A DNA stretch of 64,000 nt from Eledone cirrhosa (lineage: Eukaryota): contig OZ024740.1 of the NCBI GenBank assembly GCA_964016885.1, positions 96,286,001 through 96,350,000 of the forward strand, in the 5' to 3' direction. The notes under the pieces are model-generated. The model was not told the origin of the DNA. It did not search any database and saw nothing but the letters and a program-made list of their open reading frames with translations. This document shows positions 1 to 11,739 of this stretch, one piece after another. The position numbers and the translations under genes are program-made. The stretch's first letter is position 1, and each line of letters begins with the position of its first letter.

Positions 1-684
1 GACAACAACATGACGGTAACATAGACAACATAGAAATTAGAATAATATCTAAACATAGAAATGACCCAGCAGATAGGCAAATCAGAGAGGCCAGTGAAAT
101 AGAAATTAGAAGACCAAAGCTAAACAGAAAGAATGAATGGAATAACAACAACACCCAAACAAACAACACTGACCTAAGATAAGTATAAATAAGTAAATAA
201 AATAAGATAAATAAATAAATAAATAAATAAATAAATGTATACACAAGCACAATAACAACAAGCACATAAACACACACTAGTCACCCATCACACAACAAAC
301 ATAACACTATACACACACGCAAACGCATGCGCAAAGAAAACAAAATAAAATAAACAAACAAGCAAATAAATAAATAAATATATAGACAGACTGAATAAAA
401 ATGGCGTAGACATACAACACAACAGGAGGAAAATATAACACCACTGACGATGTTGCAGATGTGCAACGAAAGATTTATGATAAACTATATATATGTGTTT
501 GTGTGTATATTGTATCTGTATTATTTTTTGACCGTCGGTCAGTCAATGGCAACATTGAGGACCGAGTAAGTTAGATTACCGATATAAAAGACAGCGAGAA
601 GCAAAAACCAACCAAACAGTGAGTGTGTTCTGTTATTAATTCTGGCAATATTACACAAATATGACCCTCCCCAAGTATAACAAT
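1..684 (+). mobile_element. Hammerhead-bearing non-coding element (family A), Penelope pLTR/retrozyme-like, 3' end abutting (TA)n; left boundary uncertain
   Basis: Ends ATGACCCTCCCCAAGTATAACAA then (TA)n. The same terminus recurs at ~20384, 23129 and 23481, 37665, ~47250 and 62745. Bases 480-684 are near-identical to the reverse complement of 37665-37877. Confidence 0.6.
436..490 (+). ncRNA. Minimal type I hammerhead ribozyme motif (partly decayed)
   Basis: CTGACGA (444-450), T, stem II GTTGCA-gatg-TGCAAC (452-467), GAAA (468-471), GATTTA (close to palindromic AGATCT plus H). Predicted cleavage after 477. Stem I is imperfect. Confidence 0.6.
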
Positions 685-685
685 A

Positions 686-723
<38 letters not shown>

Positions 724-984
724 TGCGCGTGTGTGTCTGTTTTTCTGTTCGTTAAACTATTGGTCCGAAATTAACTGACTCTGTTGTTTTTGTAAGAAAA
801 GCATGGTGCTTTGAAGGATAGATAAACATTTCAAATTTGAAAACATCTATAAATTTAATAACTTTAATAAAGTCATACCGTTGCTTCAAATTATAAATAT
901 GTCTATGGTCCAGAATATTCAGGCAACAAGATTCATGTGTTTGTGTGTTTGTGTTTGTTTGTCTATGTGGGGGGATGGTGTATG

Positions 985-1002
985 TGTGCGTGTGTGCATG
1001 TG

Positions 1003-1095
<93 letters not shown>

Positions 1096-1112
1096 TTGTG
1101 TTTGTGTGTGTG
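985..1112. repeat. (TG)n microsatellite
   Basis: Read directly; explains the CV-repeat ORFs at 881-1195. Confidence 0.98.
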
Positions 1113-2476
1113 CATGTGGCTTGGGAATACTTATTGCATTGTTATTTAACAGTTTACTAATTTACGTACAATTGCCTTGTTTAAATGTGTTTTAAGTACA
1201 AGCAACCATGCTCGAAGCTCAGCCATTTTAGACATACATACCCGTAAGTTTCGGTTGAGATTAGCGAGAGACAGGTAGATCGAAAGGTAGACAGATATAA
1301 GAAAAAAACATTTTAAGCACATTTGCTTATGTTCATTATTTCGTTTATTAAAGATTATATGTTCCACACGTGATTCAATAGTTTGCTTACTCGGGTTTAT
1401 GAAATTGTGTCATTCTATAATCCTGAGCCTCACACTGCCTGATAATAATTGAAAACGTATATTTATATAATTTTCAGTCTCCTATTTACTCCCTTTATTA
1501 TACCATTTTTCTAACTCCTTATTTTCTCTATTCTCTTTATGTTTTTCTATAATTCAACAAAATATTTTCTTACGTTTTGAAGATGACCTGAAGAACTTAA
1601 CATCGATAATCATGAAAACGCTTAGTGTTATTTAAGCTACCCTTCTTTCTATTAATCTCTGCTTGATTAGTCATATAACCTCCATTCTAAAACGTTTTAT
1701 TCCTGGATAATGATCGTTTATTCTGTATCTCTTTGGCATCTAATGTGGTGGAAACTTTTGTAGTAATGATAATAAGCTGCACTGCGGAGCGAAAGAGGTG
1801 TTTTTGGTGTCGAAATCTTTTTCCAAAAAGAAATTTGCGAATGTGAATGCATGAGGTGTAATTTGTCCATGCTCTTCACAAGTTTCAGATGTTTCCCTTC
1901 CAAGATCTCCCGTAGGAGTTTTGAAAAAGTTAGGTGGATAATAAATTAAGCATAATATTTTGAAGTGATACTACTTCGGTCTGAACGACCAAATGCTATG
2001 AATGGTATGATCATATTGAGCTTCAAAGTTGCTCGTACTTAATCTCTATGACTTGTACGAAATATTTTCGAGTCTGAAGAAGGAAAGGACTGGAATAATG
2101 TTCGGTAGATAAATGAGAGAAGATTCTACATATCTCAATACTGTCGCGTCTTTCTTTTAACAGACAATAACCAAGGAAACGATTGGTTAACCAATATTAT
2201 CGACAGCCTACTCAAATTCTAGTACATCGAGTGAGGGACCTTGCTTAGCATCTGTGGTGGATGTGTTGACCTTCCCAGCAGTTGTTAGCATAATAAGGGT
2301 ATGTAGGTGCGTGAAAGTGAGTTTCGATTTGGCCGTTCTTTAACACAAATCTAAGACAAGGTAAGGGTAAATCCAATTTAAATTATGTCCTATATCCGGG
2401 TTTTCAGAAGGCGTAGCAACGACTGGAACACATGATAAATAGCATATTACATTTATATAAAATACGACTTAATTAA

Positions 2477-2529
2477 TAAGGCTAGATGAGATAACTAGAC
2501 GAAACTGCCGATCACGCTGTAGTTCCTTA
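2477..2529 (+). ncRNA. Degenerate hammerhead-like motif
   Basis: TAAGG-CT[A]GATGA-gataactagac-GAAA-CTGC...GTAG-TT-CCTTA. Stem I (TAAGG/CCTTA) and stem III pair; the core has a 1-nt insertion and stem II is weak. Confidence 0.35.
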
Positions 2530-2729
2530 ATGTTAATGAAATACCCACTATTTTAATGATATACCATATATCGAGGCCTTCTTTGGTTGGTGGTCTTCCT
2601 GGTTACTGTACCAGAAATTAGCAATGTATATAGTTGATATAGATAGATATAGTATATACTATATCTATCCACGTTCCAAAATCGTTACTGGGAATAATTA
2701 AATGTTTATCTTGCTTAACGTCATTGTTT

Positions 2730-3453
2730 TCGGTTTTATACTACGACCTACCTTTTATTTTCTGTATATATCCTTTGTGATTTACTCTCTACTTCTGTAC
2801 TCCCTAAGAAGATGTAAAGTCCGACATTCCCAACTTTATTTTCCCTGCTACAGATAAAGCATGAAACTAATAAGACATTTTGTACATCTGTTTGTCGTTT
2901 CCTTGAACTATATTTTCCAGGCTTTCGGGGCATTCCTTGTATTTCGAACCTGGATATTTACACACGCCTTGTGACTGCTCTAATTTACCACCCTGCACGG
3001 CGAATGTATTAGCCATGAACCTCGAATGTTTGGATTTATATGAAACTGGTATTCTTTGCACTAATTGGTTGCGAAGTTCCCTTTTCGCTAACTTTTTGTT
3101 TTTTGCTCACTTTTTCTCTATTTAAATATGTACATTTATATCACTATACTTATATTTCTTCTCTTTTTTTTTCTTGTTTTCACACCTAACTTATTGTTTT
3201 TCTCAGTCATTCCATATTTTCTTACCATGCCTAGTCACATTAAAAGATTGTTACCGTGACAAATTAATTGTTTGTCGTGTTTACTCTCGTTACTTTCTGT
3301 TTTATACTACGGACTACCTTTAATTCCTGTATCTATACTTTGCCATCTGCCTCAATATTTGTACTTCTAAAGAAGAGTTAAACTTTCTTTTCCATTTTCC
3401 ATATAAAGCGTGAAACTAATGATACATTTTGTATCTGTTTTTTCGTTTCATTA

Positions 3454-3458
<5 letters not shown>
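2730..3458 (+). mobile_element. Diverged direct repeats (~2730-2911 and ~3296-3458), pLTR-like remnant ending at (TA)n
   Basis: Both copies share TTTTATACTACG, ATAAAGC.TGAAACTAAT, ACATTTTGTA and TCGTTTC. The second ends TTTCGTTTCATTAAACAA plus (TA)n. Confidence 0.45.
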
Positions 3459-3515
<57 letters not shown>

Positions 3516-3658
3516 CGAAGGAAATGTGGTAAGGAACCAGGTGGACCATAACGCACCAAAGTACTCAATACTTAGGGTAGTAGAGTGGTTAATAGGAACA
3601 AGTACAGAATTACCCGTCGAAACGGCTTGAGCTCAGCCGTCGGGGTCTTACTTGTTCT

Positions 3659-3691
<33 letters not shown>

Positions 3692-5715
3692 ATGGATAAC
3701 ATTAAGAAAGATGCCGATGTTACATAAATCGTTTATTCATAACAATTATTTCATTGGTTCTCCCATGCAATCCAAGATGTAATTCATGCATTTGTGGTTG
3801 TTATGAGAACGATATCACCAAATGTAATTCGATTTTGTGATATGCCACAGGCAGACAAACATATACCTCTGTTCATGCGCCCGGCTGTCGTATAAGCTCC
3901 TAAATACGTCTTTCTCAGCCGTCGTATTTTCACTTTAGAGTGGTTTATGTTGAACTGCACCAAAAAAAGAGTCTATTTGTAGCTAGATTTGAACATATAG
4001 AGATAGCAATAAACGGAAATCTGAAGGAGGGTGATATAGACAGTTTGATGACAGCTAAATTCAAGACAACAGCAACTACAGCAACAACAGAAACAGCAGC
4101 AACAACATCAACAACCACAACAACACCGCCGACCACATCGCCTACACTGGTCTTTGTAATTGCAGTGCTTTTAATAAATGGCAGCAACTATATCTCCACC
4201 CGATAGCCAGGCAACGGCAGCAACAACAACAACAACACTAGTAATGAATCCATCACGACGATGACGGCAACAAAAACCGTCTGGTGGTGTCGGTCGCTGA
4301 AAATAAACTGCTACAGAAATAATGATAATAATCAATTCTACCCTTTGGCATAAGGTCAGTAATAATCCTAGTACATAATAATAATTAGTAACAACGATAG
4401 TAGTCAGTCGTAGCTACGTTGGTGTTAATAATCACAACGCTAACAACAACGCCCGTACAAAAAGCAACTTTTAGACTGTGGATGCGAGTTGTAGATAGCG
4501 AACATAGGATAAAAACATTATACATAAATGCGAATTCAGGTATACATATGGAGAACAAGGTCAAGGTTCAAAGCGATATAAAACACGGACACTGATGTTG
4601 CAAGTATACTATCCTATACGTGCATAACAGAATGGTGGTAATGTGATTGGGGCCGGGGACACACAAGCTATGAAGGATTCCCCCATGTTTGGTGTGCGCC
4701 CAAGCCCGGCTCACATGATCAAGCTTTGTACTAGACCATAGCCAGTACGTAGCTAAATTGTACAGTCCTAGGAAGGTTCCAGATGATCTGTGGTGGCAGG
4801 TGCTGAACAGTTTACTTCTTTTGTTGATAACTTACGCTCCCCTCTTAATTATCTCCAAAATTACAGTGTCGCAGAAATTGCAGGAGTCATGCACTCCACC
4901 CTTATCGTGTTGAGCTGAAATAACTTTGGACGACGACATATGTTTGGAGAGACGGGTGGTAATTTTGTTATCCACTCACTTAAAAGTGTGGCAGTGGTTG
5001 TACCAGTATTCCTTAAATACATACATACGGCAACACTCATCTTTTTCCATTTCTCCGAGGATTATAAACTCCCACTATCAGGCTTGAAATTTCTTTAGTC
5101 TAAAATACGGTGAAAGCTTATAATTTCTAATTTCAAACTCGCGCACCGTTTCAAAAACATACTTACATGTTTACGTTTATAATTTGCTTGTATATATATA
5201 TATATAAGTTAACGAGATATCGTTTAAGGCAATATAAGTAGATGTTATGAGTACTCGGTATTTAGGATAATGTGAACGTTGAACGTTGTTTGACTCAACC
5301 AGATGTTTCCTTAGTCGGGTGGCCGATTCAAGACAGCTGCTAGGTAAGTGGTTCTTGGAGTAATAATAGTAAATTAGTGAAGAATAATGTGTATCGGCTG
5401 TACAATAGTGTTTATTCAAAGTATTAACAACTGGTTCATTAGTCCCGTGTGTCTAAAAATCGCTGTTCGGAAGATGCTGCGTCACTTGATTTCAATTACA
5501 GTTGATACCCTACCAAATCTTCAGAAAACTGTGTACATGAAACTGATCATGTGTACATGATACAGATCACTACCATTTATAGATACATCAAAAATAACAA
5601 GAATAAAAGCAATACTAATAACAATAATAATAGGAGGGTACGTGCAGTGAAGGGGGCGATACTGGGATACTGGCGTGAAAATAGTAATAATAATAATAAT
5701 AATAATGATAATGAG

Positions 5716-6022
5716 GGGGGGTATCGATTAAATTGACCCCAGCACGTGACTCTTACTTTATTTTACCGACCCCGTAAGGATAAAAGGCAAAGTTAACCTC
5801 GGTGGGATTTGAACTCAGATCATAAAGGGCCGTAACTCTACGTGGCAAAGCATGGCATCCGACCCTCTACCAATGCTGCCAATCCACCGCCCTAATAATA
5901 ATAATACTAATAATTGTTTCTACATTTGGCACAATGCCAGCAATTAATCAGGGCATTACTGGTACTTTATTGTATCGACCCCATAAGGAAGAAAGGCAAA
6001 GTTAACCTCGACGGGATTTCAA
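5716..6022 (-). mobile_element. Two Nin-domain-type SINE copies (5716-5892 near full length; 5911-6022 3' part)
   Basis: Minus strand of the first copy: GGGCGGTGGATTGGCAG head, GAGTTCAAATCC (B-box-like) and a GCCTTTTATCCTTACGGGGTCGGTAAAATAAAG core. Both are embedded in (AAT)n. Confidence 0.8.
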
Positions 6023-6392
6023 CAAGGAAGAAAATAAGGAGATTAGTATGAAAAGATGATACGATAAGGAAGATAATATAAAGAGTTAAGGGAGTTTGAC
6101 AGTGTAATATAATGGGAAGAGACGACAGGGTAATGGTGACAGGCACATAAATATATGTATATGGCGTGGTGATGCGATGATAACACATTGGTCCGGCAAA
6201 CTAAAGATGTGGGTCCGTGTCCCATGTGCGTTAATACTCATTCCTTTTTTTTTTTTTCTATTCAGAGGGTTTTTTTTTTAATCCCAGCTGACAGACTAAT
6301 TCTATTTAGTAACATACGTCCTAAGCAAATGTTACTACCTAATTTCTACCAAAATTGCTAGCCGTTTGTAACAAAGACTGCTCTGTGTCTCC

Positions 6393-6433
<41 letters not shown>

Positions 6434-6580
6434 CATTTACTTACATATACTCGAACACACACACACAAACGTTCATTCTCACGTAATAAGAACACATTCG
6501 AACTGCTGCTACAGCACAGATTATTTATTAAATGAACCAGTGAATATCTGTTTGCAATAAAATCGAAATAATAATAATAA

Positions 6581-6998
6581 TAATTGCTTCTACTTTAGGC
6601 ACAAGGCCAGCAATTAACCAGTGTATTACGGGTACTTTATTTTATCGACCCCGTAAGGATGAAAGGCAAAGTAAACCTCGACGGGATTTGAACTCAAATA
6701 GTAAAGGGACGTGACTATGCTGTATAGCATGTTGTCCGACTCTCTACCGATACTGCCAATCCACCGCCCTTAATATTAATAATACTACTACTACTAATAA
6801 TAATAATAATTGTTTCTACTGTTGGCACAAGGCCAACAATTATTACAGTGTATTACTGGTACTTTATTTTATCGATCCCGTAAGGATGAAAGGCAAAGTT
6901 AACCTCGGCGGGATTTGAATTCAGAATGGCAAGGGCCGTAACTCTATGCGTCAAAGCATGGCGTCCAATCCTCTACCGATACTGCCAATCCACCACCC
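6581..6998 (-). mobile_element. Two full-length head-to-tail SINE copies (6581-6769, 6808-6998)
   Basis: Same head, B-box-like motif and core. Tail is GGCCTTGTGCC..AGTAGAA.CAATTATT with (ATT)n. Confidence 0.85.
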
Positions 6999-7139
6999 TA
7001 ATAATAATAATAATAATTACTTCTTTATTGGCCAGAAGGGCTGACGTCAAGAAACACATTACAGATGGCACAGGACGGTACAGGACGGTACGATGTGGGT
7101 TTTGTGCGTGTAAATATTTTTATTTTGTGCGTGTAAATT

Positions 7140-9287
7140 TTTTTTATATTTGCTCCTGTCACCGCTTCGTATTCCTTGAGAGCGGTGCCGAGCATCTGGA
7201 CGTGTCTGGAGCTCGACACCACCACGGTGACATCGTCAGCGTAAGCCGACTCGGATTTCCCGCATCCTAGTTCGCGTGGGACGCCCCTCATTGCCCCCAG
7301 TTTGTGCAGTAACGGCTCGAGAGCCAATACGTACAAGAGGGACGAGAGGGGACAATCCTGGCGGACTAAGCGCATGATGCTGAACGGCTGCGACAGGTGA
7401 CCGTTCACCCTCACAACTGAGCAGATCTCGCTGTACATTGCTGCGATCCAACCCCTGAAAACGGGCCCGAAACCGACTGCCTCGGGGACCGCCGCCAGGT
7501 ACCGATGGTCGACCCTGTCGAAGGCTTTGGATTGATGCAAGTTGATCAGGGCCCCACCCTTGCCAGGTTCATTAACCCCCTCGCTATGATGTATCCCATG
7601 ATGTGGAGGTTTTCGTGTATGGATCTGTCCGGAATGTCGCATGTCTGCGCCTCTCTCACCAGACCCTTGACGTCAAGCGCCAACCTTGTTGCTAACACCT
7701 TGGCCAAAATCTTGAACTCTGCGTTTAGCATGATTATGGGCGTGATATTATCGATAATATCCCCTTGTTCGGGTCTTTTCTCAGCAGCGCCACTGCTTCC
7801 CGGTTCGTAAAACTGTGAATGCTCCCGTTCTGCTGCCAGTTTCAGTAGACATCTGCCAAAAGGTCACCGAACATGTCTGGCATAAATGCATAAAGCTCGT
7901 AGGGCAGACCATCCAAACCTGGCGATTTACCCCTTGTGCAGTTAGCCAAGGCTTCCCGTATTTCACCGTCTGTTAAAGGCTTTTCGCAACACTGCGCTGC
8001 GTACTCGAGAGCCGAGGCAGGCCGTCGAGGTATGTACTGAAGTCCATGCCCAGATCCGGGCCGCCGCCGCTCCCGAACAATTCAGCAAAGTGCTGCTGAA
8101 AAGCTTCAAACATCCTCTCGGGTTCGAGCATCACGCACCCGTTTTGGTCAGACAAAACCGAATTGTGGATTTGTTTCCACGTCGCGCCTCTGCCACCCGG
8201 GCCCATTGGAGGGCTTTTGTCTCCTTGTGTTTCAGAGCACGCGCTCTAGCTCTGACAACGCAGCTTCATGTTTTGCGTTGAAGAATTGGTCGAGTGCCAA
8301 TCTTGCCGCAAGCACGTCGGTGGCGATGCCTGTCCTGAACGCCTCTTCTAGCTGTCTGACTAGCTCTCCCTCTACTCTATTTTCCTCTATCACTACTCCT
8401 TTGTAAACCTAATCGACTCTACTTTAATTGCCCTTTTCAGGGCGAACCACCACCTGTTGTTGACGACCGCTCCCGTCAACGCCGGCTTAACTAATACGCT
8501 AATCCGGTCTATGTAGGCTTTGTGCGCCGGGAAAAACGCGTTCAGCTTCCAGTAACCAGGCCCTTGTCTATGAAATCTGCCTATGTCGATCTCACAAATC
8601 ACACATTTGTGGTCTGTGTAGTAGACTATTTTAAATTGTGGACAACTTATACTAGCCTTATCTAGTTCTCTGTGGAATACCATATCGCGATACGATCTGG
8701 ATGACCAGATGCGGTTTGTCCATGTCCCCATTTGCACATTCGGGTGATCCAGTCGATACCTGTCAGACAATTCAAAACGTCTGGGCAGGTTGGTGAGACT
8801 TGTGCACCCCCCTCCGTTATCCACTAGCCCCACACGATCCCAGCGTGCATCCAAAATACCGTTCCAGGCGCCCACTAACACTAAAGAGCAGGACGTTCCA
8901 AGAAAGGTCTCTAGACGTCTGAAGAAATCTGGCCGTCCTGTCACTGTTGGGGCGTAGATGGCTACTAGCCTGAAAGCATTGCCTTCGCTGCCGGTCACGT
9001 CCAGCACCACCGACTTACATTATGGGTCTAGGAAGAGGGCCCGTATCGCGAGATCCAACCCTCTCCGAAAAAGGACGGGACCCCTCCCCAGATACTGGAC
9101 GGCTGGGAGATGCATATACATCGTAGCCGCCGAAGATCGGTGACAAGGCTTGTGCTTCGGAGATTCTGGTTTCACTGATGGCCACCACATATATGTTTAG
9201 TGACCTGAGGTCGTTGAGCAGGTGACCCTTCTTCCATGATGCCCCCAGGCCACGTGCATTTATACTGCCTATTCTGAGCACAGCCAT
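7140..9287 (-). pseudogene. Tx1-like ORF2 (APE endonuclease plus partial RT), frameshifted
   Basis: APE motifs: IGSINARGL, AISETR, LVAIYAP, YTDHK, GPGYWKLN. RT motifs: LNAEFKILAKVLATRL, QSKAFDRVDH, VRQDCPLSSLLY, AYADD. The protein breaks off about 30 aa after YADD. Confidence 0.9.
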
Positions 9288-9394
9288 TTGGATAAGAAAA
9301 GGGGCAAGGGAGAAAGGGTAACTTACCTTGTTCGTGTGGTGAAGGGACAGTAGAACCGTCCCTTTCGATGGTCATGGGTGTTTCCAAGAGGATG

Positions 9395-11466
9395 TCAGTG
9401 TATATCCTCTTGGTAACCGACTCTCTGTAGTCTCCAAATGCGTTGCCGAATTTTTGTTTTAAAGGTTTGTACTGTTCTATTGAGATTTCGATGATGCTTA
9501 TTTTTGTTTGGAGGGTTATTGGTGTTGGTGGGGTGTAGTAGTTTTTTTTTTATGTCTGTGTGCTGCTTTATATATTGTATGAGTTTTTTTTTTGCCATGT
9601 TTATGGCTGTGTACTTTTTGGGGGGAGGTGTGATTTTGTTGCTGTGTTCTTCTTGTTGCTGTTTGGTGTGTGTGTGTCTTGTTGTGTTTGCGTTGTTGGT
9701 GTTTTTGGTGATGCTGGTGGTGGTGTGTTTGTTGTTGACAGTGGTGCTTGTGGTGGTGATGGTGGTGGTGTTATTGCAAGTTTCCTTGCTGCCTTTACCC
9801 CTATTTGTATGCCTTCGCTTTTGGAGGGTGAATCTAAGGGTTATTTTGTTTTTTTGTTTTTTGTGGCAGACCGTTTGCCACTGCACTCCCGCCTCAAACT
9901 CCATGTCGGATTCTGTGGACGCTGGGAGTGGTATGTGCTCCACGGCTGCTGGTGGTGGTAGTGGAGCCCTCTTCGGCAATTTTGTTGCTGGTGTAGCTAC
10001 TTCAAATGTAGCTATTGGTGTTGCCGCCACTGATGATGCTGCTTTAGTTGTCCGTGGCCTTGGTACGGGTGCTATGGACGTTGTCCTCCTACTCACCGTG
10101 GAAGGGGATTCTCCGTTTGTTGCCTGACCTGCTCTTGGTAGCAGCGGACTAGGTATTGGAAGGAGAGAGGCCTTCTTCTTCGCTGTCTTCTGCAGGAAAA
10201 AGGGCCTGAGGTGACTCTTCGACCCACAGAGTTAACATTTTCGCCGACTTCCTTCTACACTTATAGGGAGTTGGAGTCTTTCCTCGATGTGTATGATATC
10301 GGGGATAGCGTCGATACGTTCCTGGCCAGTGTGTATAAGCATTTGCATGCCTATACCTGAGCAGTTCTCTCTCCCTATTTTCTCTACTTGCAGCATGGTC
10401 GTCCTGTTCTCGATTCCGGCAAGGACAGACGCGGTCAGCCAAGGTATAGGCACGTCGGGTGGGACCTGGTTCATTTTGACCCTCTCAATTTTCTGCCCGC
10501 AGTAGGAGAGCACCAAGTCTATCTCGTCACACTTTAGGGTTTCCAAAGAGTGAGATTTTGCTTCCTGGGGGGTGGCGAAATGTACGTCTACTGTGGCGTA
10601 CTTTCTGCCTCGGGTGATGTGGGTTTTGCGTGCCCAGACGCACCTCAAGGCCTTTTGGATTTGAGCCTCCGTGGCTCTCTCCACCCGATGTGAGATTTTG
10701 CTTACGGTGCGGTAAGTCACCATCCGTAGCTGCTGGTCCTTGAAAAAATCGGTGGAGGTATCAGGGAGACTATATTTGCGCTTCTTGTCACCATGGCCCT
10801 TTCGACTGCCATTTCCTCCTCTGTGACTAACACTGTCTCGATATTTCGGGCGACACCTGCAAAAGAAGTGGTCGCTTTTTCAGCAGCACCACTATTGCTG
10901 CCGCTATTGGTCTTACTGGTGGTGCTGAGATCGCTATTAGAGGTATCGATGTCATTGTTGATGTTTTCGTTGGTACAGTTGTTGGTGTTGTTGTGGCTGT
11001 TTTCGTTGATACTGTTGCAGTTGTTACTGTTATTGTGGCTGTTGTTATTATTGTTCTTTTTGTTGATAATGTTCCTACTATTATTGTTGTTGTGGCTGTT
11101 GTTATTGTCATTGTTATTGTCGTTCTCGACATTACCTCTGTTATTTTTGTTATTGTCGTTCTCGACTTTACCGCTGTTATTTTTGTTGTTGCTGTTGTTA
11201 TTGATGTTGTTGTTGTTGGTGTTGTTGTTGGTGTTATTGTTGGTGTTGTTTGTGTTAGAAATATTTGTTAATTTTAAATCTGTAACAATCTTCTTTTCCT
11301 TTGTAATATTTTCGTTTATATTTACCTCCGCTGGAACGCTGTCTTGTTGACATGCTGATAAAGCCTCCCTCTCTCTGTGTTGTCTGACAGCGCTCTCTCT
11401 CGTTCTTGTGTTATCCATGTTTACATTTTTCAAAAAAATATGTTTACACAAATACGAATACGACAC
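9395..11466 (-). pseudogene. Tx1-like ORF1 (Asn-rich N-terminus, globular core, CCHC-like knuckle, Pro/Thr-rich C-terminus), disrupted
   Basis: ORFs 10717-11466, 10232-10723 and 9395-10096 are colinear upstream of ORF2. After ...VEGSRRKC a stop is followed by LCGSKSHLRPF (CxxCxxxxH pattern). Confidence 0.7.
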
Positions 11467-11739
11467 CCCGTAAAGGGGTATTGTATTATTTACAAGTGAA
11501 CCCCTGTATTAGGTGGGTCACTTCTTCTAAACTCTTATCAAATTTAAAACTTGAACAAAAGATTTAGAACGGTTGAAAACGAGGTAAAACGTTGAAAGAA
11601 AACTGTAGGCGATAAGAAGCATGGCTTCACCAACAACAATAATAATAGTAATAATACTAATAATAAGGGAAGAAGACGCACGTGGTGGATAGAAGGTCAT
11701 GAAATGGCTCCCGTATATTTTTGATTTTTAACATATGTA

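Larger units (their letters stand above)
7018..11631 (-). mobile_element. L1/Tx1-like non-LTR retrotransposon with 5' end present, an internal deletion after RT YADD, and the 3' tail retained
   Basis: ORF1, APE and RT fragments in order on the minus strand. The 3' end reads GTCAGCCCTTCTGGCCAATAAAGAAGT-(AAT/ATT)n. Both ends are flanked by AAT-type repeats. Confidence 0.88.

Noticed and set aside
3940-4206. 88-aa ORF with a Thr-rich stalk and hydrophobic tail
   Set aside because: Explained by a decayed (ACA)n tract; no other support for an exon.
9504-11350. Hydrophobic Leu/Val-rich plus-strand ORFs resembling membrane proteins
   Set aside because: Antisense reading of the AAC/AAT-rich Tx1 ORF1.
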